Origin: an uncultured Methanosarcinales archaeon
GTDB lineage: Archaea; Nanobdellota; Nanobdellia; Woesearchaeales; CAZOXR01
Assembly: GCA_964566535.1 (NCBI GenBank)
Contig: CAZMIO010000003.1
Coordinates: 89,153-153,152, forward strand
Reading direction: 5' to 3'
DNA: 64,000 bases
Both the position numbers and the translations under genes were made by a program. The stretch's first letter is position 1. Each line of letters begins with the position of its first letter. Shown in pieces: positions 44,192 through 55,588 of the stretch. The notes under the pieces are model-generated. The model saw only the letters and a program-made list of their open reading frames with translations, was not told the DNA's origin and ran no database searches.

Positions 44192-44974
44192 CTACCCCTC
44201 ACACTTCAACTTAAGCTTCTCAATAAACTTCTTATTTTTCTCAGAAATATCTTTAAGTTCAATATTCACTTCACTAAATTTTGAAAAGAGTTCTCCAACC
44301 TGTTTGTCAGAAAGGTTTCTATCAAGCCAAGGGTAAAGCACTTCATCTTCCTTTTTTATATGCTCATCTAAAAGCTCTTTATATTCAACAAGATGTTTCT
44401 TAATAGTATCTACATCTTTTTCTTCTAAAGCAGATAAAATCTTCTTCACATGATTCCTTCCAGTATCGTGGTCTTCAAGCATTACCTTAATTATATCCAA
44501 ATCTTCATCAAAACATTTGAAAAGAATATCTTCTTCCTTTGCATGATGATATTTATCTGCATATTCTTTAATAAAGCTAACAATCTCTTTAATTAGATCC
44601 TCATCAGATTCAACATCCAGTTTCTCAACAATTGTAGGTATTAATCTTAAAAGCCCCTTAATTACAACATGTTCTTCAACAAGTCCCTTTATCGGAGGAG
44701 AGTACTGCAATTCTCCTTCCGCTTTTACTTTCCGCTCTATCTTAGGTAATTCTCCAGTCTGACCAGGATATATAACTTCTCTAATTTTCAATAACAATTC
44801 CCTCTCCTGCTCCTCAGTAATGTTATGAATCTCAATAATATCTCTAAGCTTACACGTCCCAACACCACAAGTAGTACATGCAATCCCAGCTTTTTCAAGA
44901 ATATCTCCAACCTCTGAAAACTCATCAATAATATCCTTGATGTTCCTATCCAATTGATAATTCATATCACTCAT
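44192..44974 (-). CDS. hemerythrin-like (HHE) domain protein with an N-terminal Cys-cluster domain (RIC/ScdA-like architecture)
   Basis: The N-terminal motif is ACTTCGVGTC. The C-terminal H..E....LFP-type repeats are HHAKEEDILFKCF and DEHIKKEDEVLYPWL. Confidence 0.45.
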   Translation of the reverse strand: MSDMNYQLDRNIKDIIDEFSEVGDILEKAGIACTTCGVGTCKLRDIIEIHNITEEQERELLLKIREVIYPGQTGELPKIERKVKAEGELQYSPPIKGLVEEHVVIKGLLRLIPTIVEKLDVESDEDLIKEIVSFIKEYADKYHHAKEEDILFKCFDEDLDIIKVMLEDHDTGRNHVKKILSALEEKDVDTIKKHLVEYKELLDEHIKKEDEVLYPWLDRNLSDKQVGELFSKFSEVNIELKDISEKNKKFIEKLKLKCEG

Positions 44975-45097
44975 TTTTAAATCCTCACCATAACCAGAGA
45001 AACACTTAACCTATTTTTAAATCTTCTCATTAACCTCATTTTCTGTTAAAATAAAAACAAAAACTATATATAATCCAAATCCAAAAATTAACCTAAC

Positions 45098-45517
45098 ATG
45101 AAAGTCTCAGACATTATGACTAAAATAATAAAAACTTCTTCACATGCAACAATCAGTGAAGCAGCTAAACTTATGGACTCAAAGAACATTGGTTCATTAC
45201 TAGTGGAAGAAGATTCAAGAATAACAGGAATAATAACAGAAAGAGACATCCTAAAAAAAATAGTAGCCAAGGACAAAGACCCAAGAACCACATCCATAAA
45301 AGAAGTCATGAGAGCTCCAATCATAACAATCAGCTCAGATCAAAGCATAGAAGAAGCAAATGATATAATGATTAAAAATCAAATAAGAAGACTCCCAGTT
45401 GAAAGTGCAGGAACAATAACTGGTATGATAACATCAAGAGACGTCTCTAAAAACTTAAAATTCCTGTTAGGAAGAAAACTAACCAGCTACAACAGGACAG
45501 AGTATAAAAAAGATTAA
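45098..45517 (+). CDS. CBS-domain pair protein
   Basis: It has two CBS motifs (...SLLVEEDSRITGIITERDIL... and ...RLPVESAGTITGMITSRDV...). Confidence 0.7.
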   Translation: MKVSDIMTKIIKTSSHATISEAAKLMDSKNIGSLLVEEDSRITGIITERDILKKIVAKDKDPRTTSIKEVMRAPIITISSDQSIEEANDIMIKNQIRRLPVESAGTITGMITSRDVSKNLKFLLGRKLTSYNRTEYKKD

Positions 45518-46869
45518 CTTCTCTCATTCAAAGGCTTATAACTGCCAATATCCAACACATTCTTATAAGCAGGCCTTATAATTCTTTTACCGCTTATCAA
45601 CTCCTCGATCCTATGCGCAGACCATCCAACAATCCGGGCCATAGCAAACAATGGGGTATAAACCTCAATTGGAATTCCCAAGCAATCATAAACAAAACCT
45701 GAATAAAAGTCAACATTAGGCGAAATAACCTTTGCATTCTTTTTATACTCAGCAAAAACCTTAGGTGTCAATTTCTCAACAGCCACGTAAAGCTCATACT
45801 CATCTAATCGTCCACTTTCTTCAGCCAGTTCCCTAGCCTTCTCTTTCAATAAAACAGCCCGAGGATCAGATTTAGTATAAACTGCATGACCTAACCCAAA
45901 TACCTTACCAGATTTATCAAAAGCCTCTTTCTTCATAATCTTAAGCAAGTACTCAGAAACCTCTTCCTCACTCTTCCAATCGGAAACATTCTCCTTAATA
46001 TCAGCCATCATCTGACTAACTTTAATATTAGCTCCACCATGCAATGGCCCCTTCAACGAACCAATAGCAGCAGCAATTGCAGAGTAAGTATCAGTTCCAG
46101 AAGAACTAACAACATGTGTTGTAAACGAAGAATTATTCCCACCACCATGTTCTGCATGCAGTACCATAACTAAATCAAGCAACTTAGCCTGCAATTCAGT
46201 ATACTTCTTATTCCCTTTCAACATATAAAGGAAGTTCTCAGCAGTACCAAGCTCAGCCTTAGGGTGCCTAATTATCAAATGCTTATGGTCATAGATATGC
46301 CTTCTTGCATAATATGAATAAGCTATTATTGTTGGAAACTTAGCAATAAGATTCACACTCTGCTTAATTAAGTTCAAAGATGATGTATCATCAGCATTCT
46401 CATCAAGTGCATACAAAGCCAGTACACATCTTGCTAACATATTCATAACATCCTTACCTTTTAGATTCAATATCATATCTTTTGTAAAGTGTTCAGGCAA
46501 ATCCCTTAAACTAGCCAAATATTTAGAGAACTCATCAAGTTCCCCCTTATTAGGAAGCCGACCACACAATAAAAGAAATGCAGTTTCACCAAAACCATGC
46601 CTATTGTCTGCCTGAAACCCTTTTACAAGATCAAAAACATCAACACCACTGTATGCCAACCTTCCATCTATAGGCTGAGCCTTCCCATCAACCTTATCAT
46701 AACCCCTAACATCTCCAACATGTGTTAACCCTACTAAAACACCTGTAAAATCTTCATTCCGAAGCCCTCTCTTAACACTATATTTATTGTACAATTCTTC
46801 CTTAATAACACTTGATTGTTCAGAAAGTTCAGAAAGTTTTTTCAAAAATTCTCCATTCATATTAATCAC
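45514..46869 (-). CDS. gltA: citrate synthase
   Basis: [18 protein letters not shown], the [14 protein letters not shown] region and HAVY..DPR match citrate synthase active-site regions. Confidence 0.85.
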   Translation of the reverse strand: MINMNGEFLKKLSELSEQSSVIKEELYNKYSVKRGLRNEDFTGVLVGLTHVGDVRGYDKVDGKAQPIDGRLAYSGVDVFDLVKGFQADNRHGFGETAFLLLCGRLPNKGELDEFSKYLASLRDLPEHFTKDMILNLKGKDVMNMLARCVLALYALDENADDTSSLNLIKQSVNLIAKFPTIIAYSYYARRHIYDHKHLIIRHPKAELGTAENFLYMLKGNKKYTELQAKLLDLVMVLHAEHGGGNNSSFTTHVVSSSGTDTYSAIAAAIGSLKGPLHGGANIKVSQMMADIKENVSDWKSEEEVSEYLLKIMKKEAFDKSGKVFGLGHAVYTKSDPRAVLLKEKARELAEESGRLDEYELYVAVEKLTPKVFAEYKKNAKVISPNVDFYSGFVYDCLGIPIEVYTPLFAMARIVGWSAHRIEELISGKRIIRPAYKNVLDIGSYKPLNERS

Positions 46870-47956
46870 TCCCCATCTTGTTTATTATAGCATCCGCCAT
46901 ATGACTAGTACCAACAGCACTAGGATCATCACGACTTGGCTTAAAATCATAAGTAACATCCTTACCCTCTTTAATAACTTCAGCAACTGCCTTGTCTAAT
47001 TTATCAGCAGCCTCATTCTCACCCAAATACCTCAGCATCATAACCCCACTCAGTATCAAAGCAGTAGGGTTAACCTTATTCATTCCCTTATACTTTGGCG
47101 CAGAACCATGAGTTGCTTCAAAAACCGCAATCTCATCTCCAATGTTAGCTCCAGGCGCAACTCCAAGGCCCCCAATTAATCCAGCGCCTAAATCAGAAAT
47201 TATATCTCCATAAAGATTAGGTAAAACTAAAACATCATACAGTTCAGGCTTTTGAACTAGCTGCATACACATATTATCAATCAACATATGTTCATACGAA
47301 ACATCAGAATACTCTTTTGCAACTGACTCAGAAACTTGCTGAAACAATCCGTCTGTAAACTTCATAATATTTGATTTTGTAATTGAAGTAACTTTCTTCC
47401 TATTATTTTTCTTAGCATAATCAAAAGCAAACTTCACAATTCTTTCTGTTCCAAAAACAGATATTGGTTTTATACTTACTGCAGAATCTTCTCTTATTTT
47501 CTTCCCACCCAAACCGTTAATATCAGAAATCAGCTTCTTAACATCATCAGAATCCTTCTCAAACTCAATCCCTGCATACAAATCCTCAGTATTTTCCCGA
47601 ACAATAACAATGTCAACATCCTCAGGTTTCTTAAGCAGAGACTTTACACCAGGATAATATTTACAAGGCCTAACACAAGCATACAAATCAAGCTCCTGCC
47701 TTAACTGAACATTCACACTTCTAAAACCAGAACCAAGCGGAGTAGTGATAGGTGCTTTCAAAGCAACCTTATTTTTCTTTATAGAATCAATAACAGATTG
47801 GGGAAGTGGTGTTCCTTCTTTCTCCATAACATCAATGCCCGCATCAACAATATCCCATTCGAACTCAACACCAGTTGCATCAAGACATCTTTTAGTAGCC
47901 TCTGCTAACTCTGGACCCACACCATCTCCTCGAATTAAAGTAACTTTATGCGCCAT
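46862..47956 (-). CDS. isocitrate / isopropylmalate dehydrogenase family, probably isocitrate dehydrogenase given the TCA context
   Basis: [29 protein letters not shown] and the D..D metal site NLYGDIISD match the family. It is 364 aa. Confidence 0.75.
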   Translation of the reverse strand: MAHKVTLIRGDGVGPELAEATKRCLDATGVEFEWDIVDAGIDVMEKEGTPLPQSVIDSIKKNKVALKAPITTPLGSGFRSVNVQLRQELDLYACVRPCKYYPGVKSLLKKPEDVDIVIVRENTEDLYAGIEFEKDSDDVKKLISDINGLGGKKIREDSAVSIKPISVFGTERIVKFAFDYAKKNNRKKVTSITKSNIMKFTDGLFQQVSESVAKEYSDVSYEHMLIDNMCMQLVQKPELYDVLVLPNLYGDIISDLGAGLIGGLGVAPGANIGDEIAVFEATHGSAPKYKGMNKVNPTALILSGVMMLRYLGENEAADKLDKAVAEVIKEGKDVTYDFKPSRDDPSAVGTSHMADAIINKMGSD

Positions 47957-47957
47957 T

Positions 47958-49892
47958 TTATGATCTGAAATAATTAAGCTTTCCGCCTTTCAATAATATT
48001 TCAATATCTTTACTACTTAATTGGCAATTTAGCCCTATTTTTATATTTTTAGTTTTATTAACGAGAATTAGCTGTTTTCCTGCCTTCAAACCATCTCTCA
48101 TCCCATTTATCTCCAACTCATCACCTAACTCAATCTTATCATAATCCTCAGAATTCTCAAAAAACAAAGGAACAATACCAAAATTAATCAGATTCTGCAA
48201 ATGTATCCTTTCAATTGACTTAGCAATAACAGCCTTAACACCTAAGTTAGCTGGACACAAAGCAGCATGCTCTCTTGATGAACCTTGACCATAGCTTGCT
48301 CCAGCAATTATAACATTTCCAATTCCTTTTCCCTTATTCTCTAAAGCCCTAGAAACAAATTTGTCATCAACAGACTCAAAAACAAAAGTGGAATACTTCT
48401 CAACATTAGATCTAAACTTCAATCTTGGACCAGCAGGCATAATATCATCCGTTGTTATTTTATCTCCAACTTTAATAGCAACAACACCAGAAATATCATC
48501 AACTTCAGAAAACTTTGGCAATTCCTTAATATTTGGACCCTTAACTACATCTCCAGAACCATCAGGCTGAATAACCATACTATCATCAACAAAATAACTC
48601 TCTGGAACATCAACAGAAGGAATCTCAGAATCATTAGAATCAACAACCTCTCCACTCAAAGCAGAAACAGCAGCAACAATTGGACTAACTAAATAAATTT
48701 CAGCATCTTTTGTACCAGACCTACCTAAAAAATTCCTATTATTTGTCCGTAAACTTACACCTTTACTCTTAGGACTATGTCCAGCTCCAATACAAAATCC
48801 ACAAGCAGACTCAACAATCCGAGCACCAGCTTTAATCATCTCAGACAAAGCACCATTCTCAGAAATCATCTCCAAAACTTGTCTAGAACCTGGAGAAATT
48901 ATCAATTCAACATCAGAACTAACTTTTTTACCTTTTAAAATTCCAGCAACTGTCATCAAATCCTCATAAGAAGAGTTCGTACAGCTGCCAATACAAACTT
49001 GATCAACTTTCATCCCTTTAATATTAGAAACCATATCAATATTATCAGGAGAATGAGGTTTTGCAACCATCGGCTCTAATTCATCTAAATTTATTGAAAT
49101 TACCTTCTCATACTCAGCATCTGAATCAGCCTTTAACTCAATCCAATCTCCATCACGACCTTGTTTCTGAAGAAAGTCCTTAGTAACATCATCACTTGGA
49201 AAAATAGAAGTGGTAACTCCTAATTCAGCCCCCATATTAGTTATTGTTGCTCGCATAGGAACCGATAATTCATTAATACCTCCACCATACTCAACAGCAT
49301 AACCAACATTTCCTTTTGTTGTTAAGGTTGAAAGAACTTTTAGAATAATATCTTTAGCACTAACATATGATTTTAATTTACCTTTCAATTCAACTTTAAT
49401 AACCTTAGGAACAACAATATCATAAGAATAACCAGCCATTGCTAATGCAACATCTAATCCTCCAGCCCCCATTGCCAGGCAACAAATACCGCCAGCAGTG
49501 GGAGTATGACTGTCAGATCCTAGTAAAGTTTTCCCAGGCTTTGCAAACCGTTCTAAATGAACCTGATGACAAATCCCATTCCCAGCCTTAGAAAACAATA
49601 TTCCATATTTATTAGCAACAGTTTGCAAATATTTGTGATCATCCGCATTCTCAAAACCTTGCTGCAGAGTATTATGATCGACATAACTAATAGAAAGCTC
49701 AGTCTTAACTTTAGGAACGCTCAAAGCCTCAAACTGCAGATAAGCCATAGTCCCAGTAGCATCCTGAGTCAGAGTCTGATCTATCTTCAACCCTACTTCC
49801 TTACCTGAATTCTCCTCAATACCATGCATTGAGAATATTTTCTGATATATATTCTTACCACTAGTCATGTTATTTCCCTTATAAAATAGCAA
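47958..49892 (-). CDS. aconitase-family hydratase (fused catalytic and swivel domains)
   Basis: GSDSHT, the [11 protein letters not shown] region, the C..C cluster ligands (SCTNSS, CGFCIG) and the C-terminal swivel motif [15 protein letters not shown] match aconitase. It is 644 aa. Confidence 0.8.
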   Translation of the reverse strand: MLFYKGNNMTSGKNIYQKIFSMHGIEENSGKEVGLKIDQTLTQDATGTMAYLQFEALSVPKVKTELSISYVDHNTLQQGFENADDHKYLQTVANKYGILFSKAGNGICHQVHLERFAKPGKTLLGSDSHTPTAGGICCLAMGAGGLDVALAMAGYSYDIVVPKVIKVELKGKLKSYVSAKDIILKVLSTLTTKGNVGYAVEYGGGINELSVPMRATITNMGAELGVTTSIFPSDDVTKDFLQKQGRDGDWIELKADSDAEYEKVISINLDELEPMVAKPHSPDNIDMVSNIKGMKVDQVCIGSCTNSSYEDLMTVAGILKGKKVSSDVELIISPGSRQVLEMISENGALSEMIKAGARIVESACGFCIGAGHSPKSKGVSLRTNNRNFLGRSGTKDAEIYLVSPIVAAVSALSGEVVDSNDSEIPSVDVPESYFVDDSMVIQPDGSGDVVKGPNIKELPKFSEVDDISGVVAIKVGDKITTDDIMPAGPRLKFRSNVEKYSTFVFESVDDKFVSRALENKGKGIGNVIIAGASYGQGSSREHAALCPANLGVKAVIAKSIERIHLQNLINFGIVPLFFENSEDYDKIELGDELEINGMRDGLKAGKQLILVNKTKNIKIGLNCQLSSKDIEILLKGGKLNYFRS

Positions 49893-49972
49893 ACATGCCT
49901 CTTTTTTAAAGTTTGTCTAAAAATAGGTTAATTCAAAATATTTTTATACAAACTACCATTCCTCAACATAAA

Positions 49973-50296
49973 ATGCCAGATGCTAGTAGAAGACAAGTTA
50001 TTGATGACCTATTTAGTGAAAGAGCAGTAAGTGGTACAGAATTAATAACAGCTCTTCTATCAGACGCTGTAGGATTAATACGTCCGCCAGGAAATACAAG
50101 GGCAGCTGCTGTAGTAGCGTATGATAATCAACCAAAAGGAATAGCCATCCTTGCATCAACAAGAGAGGGATTAGAAGGAAGATTACCTAAAACTTTCCCA
50201 AGTAGAGCAAGAGAAGTCCGTGTCTACTATGGCCATGGTTCAGATGATTACGTCACATTCACAAACCAAGGCGGAAGATATCAATTAAGCCAGTAA
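49973..50296 (+). CDS. hypothetical protein (non-host composition)
   Basis: It is about 107 aa from MPDASRRQ and is Arg/Gly/Ala-rich. Confidence 0.3.
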   Translation: MPDASRRQVIDDLFSERAVSGTELITALLSDAVGLIRPPGNTRAAAVVAYDNQPKGIAILASTREGLEGRLPKTFPSRAREVRVYYGHGSDDYVTFTNQGGRYQLSQ

Positions 50297-50359
50297 ATTT
50301 CTCAAATCCAAGAACAAAAATTCTAAATTAAATTTAAGAAATATTAACAAAAACACAAT

Positions 50360-50707
50360 CTATCGTCCTTGAACAATACCGTATAATGCTACAATTATTC
50401 CATCTTCTCTATCTTGAACTGCTTTAACATCTTCATCACTCACACCCTCAGGTACTGGCCTATACGGTAACATAAAAGTATAATCTCGACTACCATCACC
50501 AGAAGTACCAGCACTTGCAAATTGATAAGGAAAATGATCCTGAGCAACCGGAATACCATCCTCTCCTTGACGTACAGTTATCCTTACTGAATGTAAAATA
50601 GGTTCTAACTCATCAACAAAACCCCTCATTCTTTCTTCTGGAACAGGACCAATCTCAATCATCCTTTGTCCCATAACATTCATATCAAGAGGTTGTTGTG
50701 TTGCCAT
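50360..50707 (-). CDS. hypothetical protein (non-host composition)
   Basis: It is 115 aa, Pro/Gly/Asp/Glu/Arg-rich, with about 1 Lys. Confidence 0.3.
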   Translation of the reverse strand: MATQQPLDMNVMGQRMIEIGPVPEERMRGFVDELEPILHSVRITVRQGEDGIPVAQDHFPYQFASAGTSGDGSRDYTFMLPYRPVPEGVSDEDVKAVQDREDGIIVALYGIVQGR

Positions 50708-50756
50708 ATTTTACGGATAATCTAAGTTAATTTATAAATTTTTTCTAATATTAAAC

Positions 50757-51344
50757 CTACTTCTGATACCATTCCCTCTCAGGCACTTCAACTTTCTGTA
50801 TCTCTTTATCCTTAACCTTCTTACCTTCCCTAATAATGTACTTCCCTAATTCTCCAACAACAGTTGAATCAGCAGGAACATCCTTAATGATAATAGCCCC
50901 AGCACCAATCTTAGAATTATCTCCAACTTTAGAAGGACCTAAAATTTTACAACCAACACCCAAAACAACATGATTCCCAATGGTAGGGTGCCTTTTCTCT
51001 CCTTTCTTATCAGTCCACCAACCATGACCACCTAAAGTAACTTCATGATACATCATAACATCATTACCAATTTCAGCAGTTTCTCCAATAACAATACCCA
51101 TTCCATGATCAATAAAGAATCTCTTCCCAATCTTCGCTCCAGGATGAATCTCAATACCAGTAAAAAATCTACCTAACTGAGAAATCAAACGAGGAACAAA
51201 AGGAATATTAAGCTTAAAAAGAAAGTGGGCCACCCTATGTAAAAGAATAGCATGAACCCCTTGGTAGAGGAATACCTCTAAAAAATTAATCCCTTTCTTT
51301 AATGCAGGATCCTTTCTATAAGCCGTCCTTATTGTATCAAACAT
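50757..51344 (-). CDS. cysE: serine O-acetyltransferase (hexapeptide-repeat)
   Basis: It has the N-terminal SAT helical domain and the hexapeptide region ([31 protein letters not shown]). Confidence 0.8.
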   Translation of the reverse strand: MFDTIRTAYRKDPALKKGINFLEVFLYQGVHAILLHRVAHFLFKLNIPFVPRLISQLGRFFTGIEIHPGAKIGKRFFIDHGMGIVIGETAEIGNDVMMYHEVTLGGHGWWTDKKGEKRHPTIGNHVVLGVGCKILGPSKVGDNSKIGAGAIIIKDVPADSTVVGELGKYIIREGKKVKDKEIQKVEVPEREWYQK

Positions 51345-52265
51345 CTATTCTTCTCCAAACAAAGGAGTGCTTAAATACCTTTCGCCGTGGTCAGGTAAAA
51401 CAACAACAACTTTCTTACCCTTACCAAGTTTATTAGCAACTTGCAAAGCAGCCCAAGCAGCAGCACCAGAAGAAATTCCAACAAAAAGCCCTTCTTCTTT
51501 AGCTAACTTCCTAGCTGTTTCAAAAGCATCCTCATTACTTACCTTAACAATTTCATCATACACTTCAGTATTCAAAACAGTAGGAACAAAACCAGCTCCA
51601 ATACCTTGAATCTTATGCGGTCCAGGATCTCCACCGGATAAAACAGCAGAATCAACCGGCTCAACAGCAACTACATGAACTTTCTTCCCCTTCTCCTTTA
51701 GCAATTCACCAACACCAGTTATTGTTCCACCAGTTCCAATTCCAGATACAAAAGCATCCAGTTCAGGAACCTGCTCTATAACTTCAACTGCGGTAGTCTT
51801 CCTATGCACTTCAGGATTTGCAGGATTATTAAACTGCTGCGGTTGAACCCATCCTTTCTCTTCAGATAATTCTTTAGCCTTATCAATAGCACCTTTCATC
51901 CCTTTAGTACCATCGGTCAGAACAAGTTCAGCTCCAAAAGCCTTAAGAACCTTCCTCCGCTCAACACTCATAGTCTCAGGCATAGTTAATACCATCTTAT
52001 AACCCTTAACAGCTGCAACAAAAGCTAGTGCAATACCAGTATTGCCAGATGTTGGCTCAACTAAAGTATCTCCTGCCTTAAGCTTACCTTCTTTTTCAGC
52101 AGCCTCAATCATACTTAACCCAATTCTATCTTTTACAGAACTCAAAGGATTAAACATCTCAAGCTTTGCATATATTTCAGCAGAATCCTCTCCACCTAAC
52201 TTATTTAACTTAACAACTGGTGTATCACCAATCAATTCCAATACATTATTTACAACTTTTGCCAT
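51345..52265 (-). CDS. cysK: cysteine synthase / O-acetylserine sulfhydrylase (PLP fold type II)
   Basis: [15 protein letters not shown] is the PLP-lysine motif. [10 protein letters not shown] and [10 protein letters not shown] match the family. Confidence 0.9.
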   Translation of the reverse strand: MAKVVNNVLELIGDTPVVKLNKLGGEDSAEIYAKLEMFNPLSSVKDRIGLSMIEAAEKEGKLKAGDTLVEPTSGNTGIALAFVAAVKGYKMVLTMPETMSVERRKVLKAFGAELVLTDGTKGMKGAIDKAKELSEEKGWVQPQQFNNPANPEVHRKTTAVEVIEQVPELDAFVSGIGTGGTITGVGELLKEKGKKVHVVAVEPVDSAVLSGGDPGPHKIQGIGAGFVPTVLNTEVYDEIVKVSNEDAFETARKLAKEEGLFVGISSGAAAWAALQVANKLGKGKKVVVVLPDHGERYLSTPLFGEE

Positions 52266-52279
52266 TTTACATCCTCCTT

Positions 52280-52516
52280 CTATATGTTATATTCAATCTT
52301 ACCTTTTCCAAATTCAATTTTAGCCCATGCCCTCTCATGAGCATAGTAAGTGAACAATTTTATAATTGTATCAATAGAACCAATAGTTAAAGCTAAAGCT
52401 ACTTCTTTTGTAAGAAAGTAAGCAACCAAAGAAGTGATTACAACAGCTATTACTCTCCATGAGATAGCCTTCACAATACTTCTTTTATGGGTTTCGCCCA
52501 TTTTACTTTTCCTCAA
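52280..52516 (-). CDS. small 2-TM membrane protein (DUF2061-like?)
   Basis: It is 78 aa and includes [25 protein letters not shown]. Confidence 0.35.
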   Translation of the reverse strand: MRKSKMGETHKRSIVKAISWRVIAVVITSLVAYFLTKEVALALTIGSIDTIIKLFTYYAHERAWAKIEFGKGKIEYNI

Positions 52517-52803
52517 AATCTACTGATCTGTCATCAGCAGTAATTGATATCATTTTTTGCATTTTATGCACCTCCGAGTTAAAGGGAGCTAAAAGCTATA
52601 GCTCTTAGTCTCCAGAAGATCTAGTATATATCTATTATAGAATCGCTATTTTAAACAATGAATTGTGTATTAACAACACATGCAACAACATCTACTTAAA
52701 GAAAAAATACTTGTTTCCTTCTTAATCTCTTCTCTCATAAAAAACAGTATTATTTACAAGTTTATAAAGGTTTTGTTTTAGACTATTAATTAGAAATACG
52801 TTC

Positions 52804-53673
52804 TTATCCTAAATAGAATGTACTTCCCTTATAACCTTCCTGAAGGCCACTAACGGGAGTCATTCTAACAGCAACATTACCATCAGGCATAAGTGTTTGA
52901 AGTTTCCCAGTTAAATCTGCCTTATCAATAGGCCCTTTTAACGCAGACATATGTTGCAAAACTCCTAATCCAAAATTCCTTCCACCTTCTCTTAATTCTA
53001 AATACACTGGCATAAACATCAATTCAACTAGGTCAAGAGGACTTCCATCTTCCATCGCTAGATGTTCAACACCAATATCAGTTCCTTCAAAACGTGAAGC
53101 AAAATCACCTGCATCAAAGTCTACAGTATTTCTTTGAAAATCTCCAAAGTATGCCCTAAGTCCTCTTTCAAAATCAACATCTCCATCTAATTGATTTACT
53201 CTTAATCCATCACTATTAGAAAAACCAACCTTCCCTGTTACATAGCCAGCTCCATCATTAGTCCCAAACAATGCTTTTAATCCATATTTAATCTCAGTTG
53301 CTACACGAACCCCTCCCCTATCAACATGTTTACGGGGCGCATCTGGACTAATTGATAGCATATAGAGATCTCCTTCCATTCTACGTCCTAAAAGCGCGTG
53401 AGCCCCAACTAAATAACTATCTAATGATGTTCGATCTTCTGGAAAATGAATCTCTGCTGTTGCTGTATGTGATTTAACATAAGGAACCCTCTTAAAAGCG
53501 CGTGAGCCCCAACCTCCAGTTGTATCTCTTTCCCCAATTACCACAGAATTACCAATAGAAGCCAATACATGAGGTTGACCTTGAGCTAAAACCCTTAAAT
53601 CTTGTTTTAAACCAAGAGCACCATAAACATCTTCTGGTGTAACTCCTCTTAAAGAACCCTCATCTGGTGCCAT
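52804..53673 (-). CDS. hypothetical beta-rich protein (non-host composition)
   Basis: It is 289 aa, Gly/Asp/Arg-rich, with alternating hydrophobic patterns (VRVATEIKYGLKALF, YVTGKVGF) suggestive of beta-strands. Confidence 0.35.
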   Translation of the reverse strand: MAPDEGSLRGVTPEDVYGALGLKQDLRVLAQGQPHVLASIGNSVVIGERDTTGGWGSRAFKRVPYVKSHTATAEIHFPEDRTSLDSYLVGAHALLGRRMEGDLYMLSISPDAPRKHVDRGGVRVATEIKYGLKALFGTNDGAGYVTGKVGFSNSDGLRVNQLDGDVDFERGLRAYFGDFQRNTVDFDAGDFASRFEGTDIGVEHLAMEDGSPLDLVELMFMPVYLELREGGRNFGLGVLQHMSALKGPIDKADLTGKLQTLMPDGNVAVRMTPVSGLQEGYKGSTFYLG

Positions 53674-53776
53674 ATCACTAACCTAAATAAGAACTCATAT
53701 AAAAATAATTTCTTTATGAAAATAACCTCATAGTAATCATACAATCAATAAATTTATACAAATTATCAGCCATAAC

Positions 53777-54187
53777 ATGAAACCTATGTACGCGTTAATG
53801 GGTGTAGCTGCTCTATACGCTGCTGCTACAATAGGATGTTCTCAAGGTCCTGAATATAGTAATATAAAAGCTCTAGGTCCTACACTCCCCAGAGGTGCTA
53901 TTAATGCAATAGTAGATGCTAGAGAAACAGTAAAAGGAAGAGATGGAGTAGTAGAAGATCGAGAAACTACAGTGGATGATTTTGGTGGAGTAAGAGACCA
54001 ATATCCTAACATTGGTAACAGAGCTACAGCACTTCTAGCAGCTTCTAATACATCGGCAAAAGATGTAATGGGAATTTATGATTGGGTAAGAGAACAAAAT
54101 CCTGACTATACCCATGAACAAGCAGCAGCTGGTCCTCCACTTGCAGAAGTTAGGATCCGTGCAGAAAGCGTAGTCGATACTTTATAA
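53777..54187 (+). CDS. putative secreted or lipoprotein (non-host composition)
   Basis: The N-terminal MKPMYALMGVAALYAAATIGCSQG resembles a signal peptide with a lipobox-like Cys. It is 136 aa. Confidence 0.35.
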   Translation: MKPMYALMGVAALYAAATIGCSQGPEYSNIKALGPTLPRGAINAIVDARETVKGRDGVVEDRETTVDDFGGVRDQYPNIGNRATALLAASNTSAKDVMGIYDWVREQNPDYTHEQAAAGPPLAEVRIRAESVVDTL

Positions 54188-54258
54188 TATTTGTAAATAT
54201 AACTTCAATTCTAGCCTTAACTGGATATGTGATACTATCTAAAGAAAACAGAATTTTT

Positions 54259-55464
54259 TTAATACTTAGAATTTCGTTGAATCATTCTTAATCTCCAACC
54301 AGGATCTTCTAGAGCCCGAGCATATACCTTTTCAAGATCTTCCATTATCCCATTTGGAGTATCCGGATCAACACCAAACCTATCAATCACTCTCCTTCTC
54401 TCATCTGGATGGAAAAGAAAAACTTGTCTATCAACTAAATCCACAAGCCAATCGTAAAAAAATGTTGGCTCTCCTAAGATCCTATCAATCCCTCTCAGTA
54501 TAACTGCACCTTTCTTTGCTAATCCATTTGGTGTATTAATTGGTTTTCCACCTAATCCAGCAATATTCCTCATCATAATAGTTAATTCTCTCTGACTTGG
54601 TGCATCACTTTGAGCAACAACATATGTATCTTGATATTGTTCTTCACTTCCAATTGCGCTAAGAATAACATCCGATACTTTATCAACATGGATATAAGGA
54701 CTTCTACCACTACCTTCTCCTGGAATAAAAGCTCTCATTGCATGTTGTTTAATTTTTACTAGCCCACCCTTTACTGAAGAACTATCTGTTAGAGGTATAA
54801 AACCATACAATAACATATCTAAAATTGGTGATTCTGAATCTGGTGTTGAATAAACTATTAGTAACCTTAAAATTAAGTGATTATCAGGTAATCCAATTCT
54901 AATTCTTTCTTCTGCCCTAAGCTTAGACTTACTGTAAGGCATAATTGGCCCTTCATCTATCCCTAAATCTACAGAACGACCATACCTAAGATAATGCTCT
55001 TCTGTTAATCCATCCCTAGTAAAGGCAGAGTAATCTTCATCTCTAACATCTGTTACTGACATTGGTTCATATACAGTAGTCCCACTAGTTTGTATAAAAA
55101 GGGGTTTATCACCCTCACATACTCTTTCTAAGCTTGTAGCAAATTTATCAATTGGACCAACATTTACTGATTGATATTCATCAAAATACTTATCTTTAAA
55201 TGAAATAAATGTAGCAGCACTTACTATTGCACGAATATCATGATTCCCAAAAAGTCTTTCTAAAAAAGCATCATAATCTTCTTGAGGATTTCTTAAATCA
55301 AATATTTCCTCTTTATACAAGGGGTTGGCAATATCTTGAGGATTTCTAGTTACCCCAACTACTTCATAACCTTCATTTAATAGCCTTTGAACTAAGTTTG
55401 ACCCAACAAACCCAGAACAGCCTGTAAGTACAACAGTTCCTTTATTTTCTTCTAATCTATTCAT
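54259..55464 (-). CDS. extended SDR NAD-dependent epimerase/dehydratase-like protein with a C-terminal extension (non-host composition)
   Basis: It has the Rossmann motif TGCSGFVGSNL and the catalytic YSKSK (YxxxK). It is 401 aa. Confidence 0.55.
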   Translation of the reverse strand: MNRLEENKGTVVLTGCSGFVGSNLVQRLLNEGYEVVGVTRNPQDIANPLYKEEIFDLRNPQEDYDAFLERLFGNHDIRAIVSAATFISFKDKYFDEYQSVNVGPIDKFATSLERVCEGDKPLFIQTSGTTVYEPMSVTDVRDEDYSAFTRDGLTEEHYLRYGRSVDLGIDEGPIMPYSKSKLRAEERIRIGLPDNHLILRLLIVYSTPDSESPILDMLLYGFIPLTDSSSVKGGLVKIKQHAMRAFIPGEGSGRSPYIHVDKVSDVILSAIGSEEQYQDTYVVAQSDAPSQRELTIMMRNIAGLGGKPINTPNGLAKKGAVILRGIDRILGEPTFFYDWLVDLVDRQVFLFHPDERRRVIDRFGVDPDTPNGIMEDLEKVYARALEDPGWRLRMIQRNSKY

Positions 55465-55588
55465 TTTAAATTAACACTTAAGTTAAAGCAGTGGTTAAAA
55501 TGAATGGTATTAAAAATCTTCCTATATTTATCACTATTAAGAAGTCATTTTCATAATATTTTTAAAGCCTTTACCGTTATCCAGCCCC

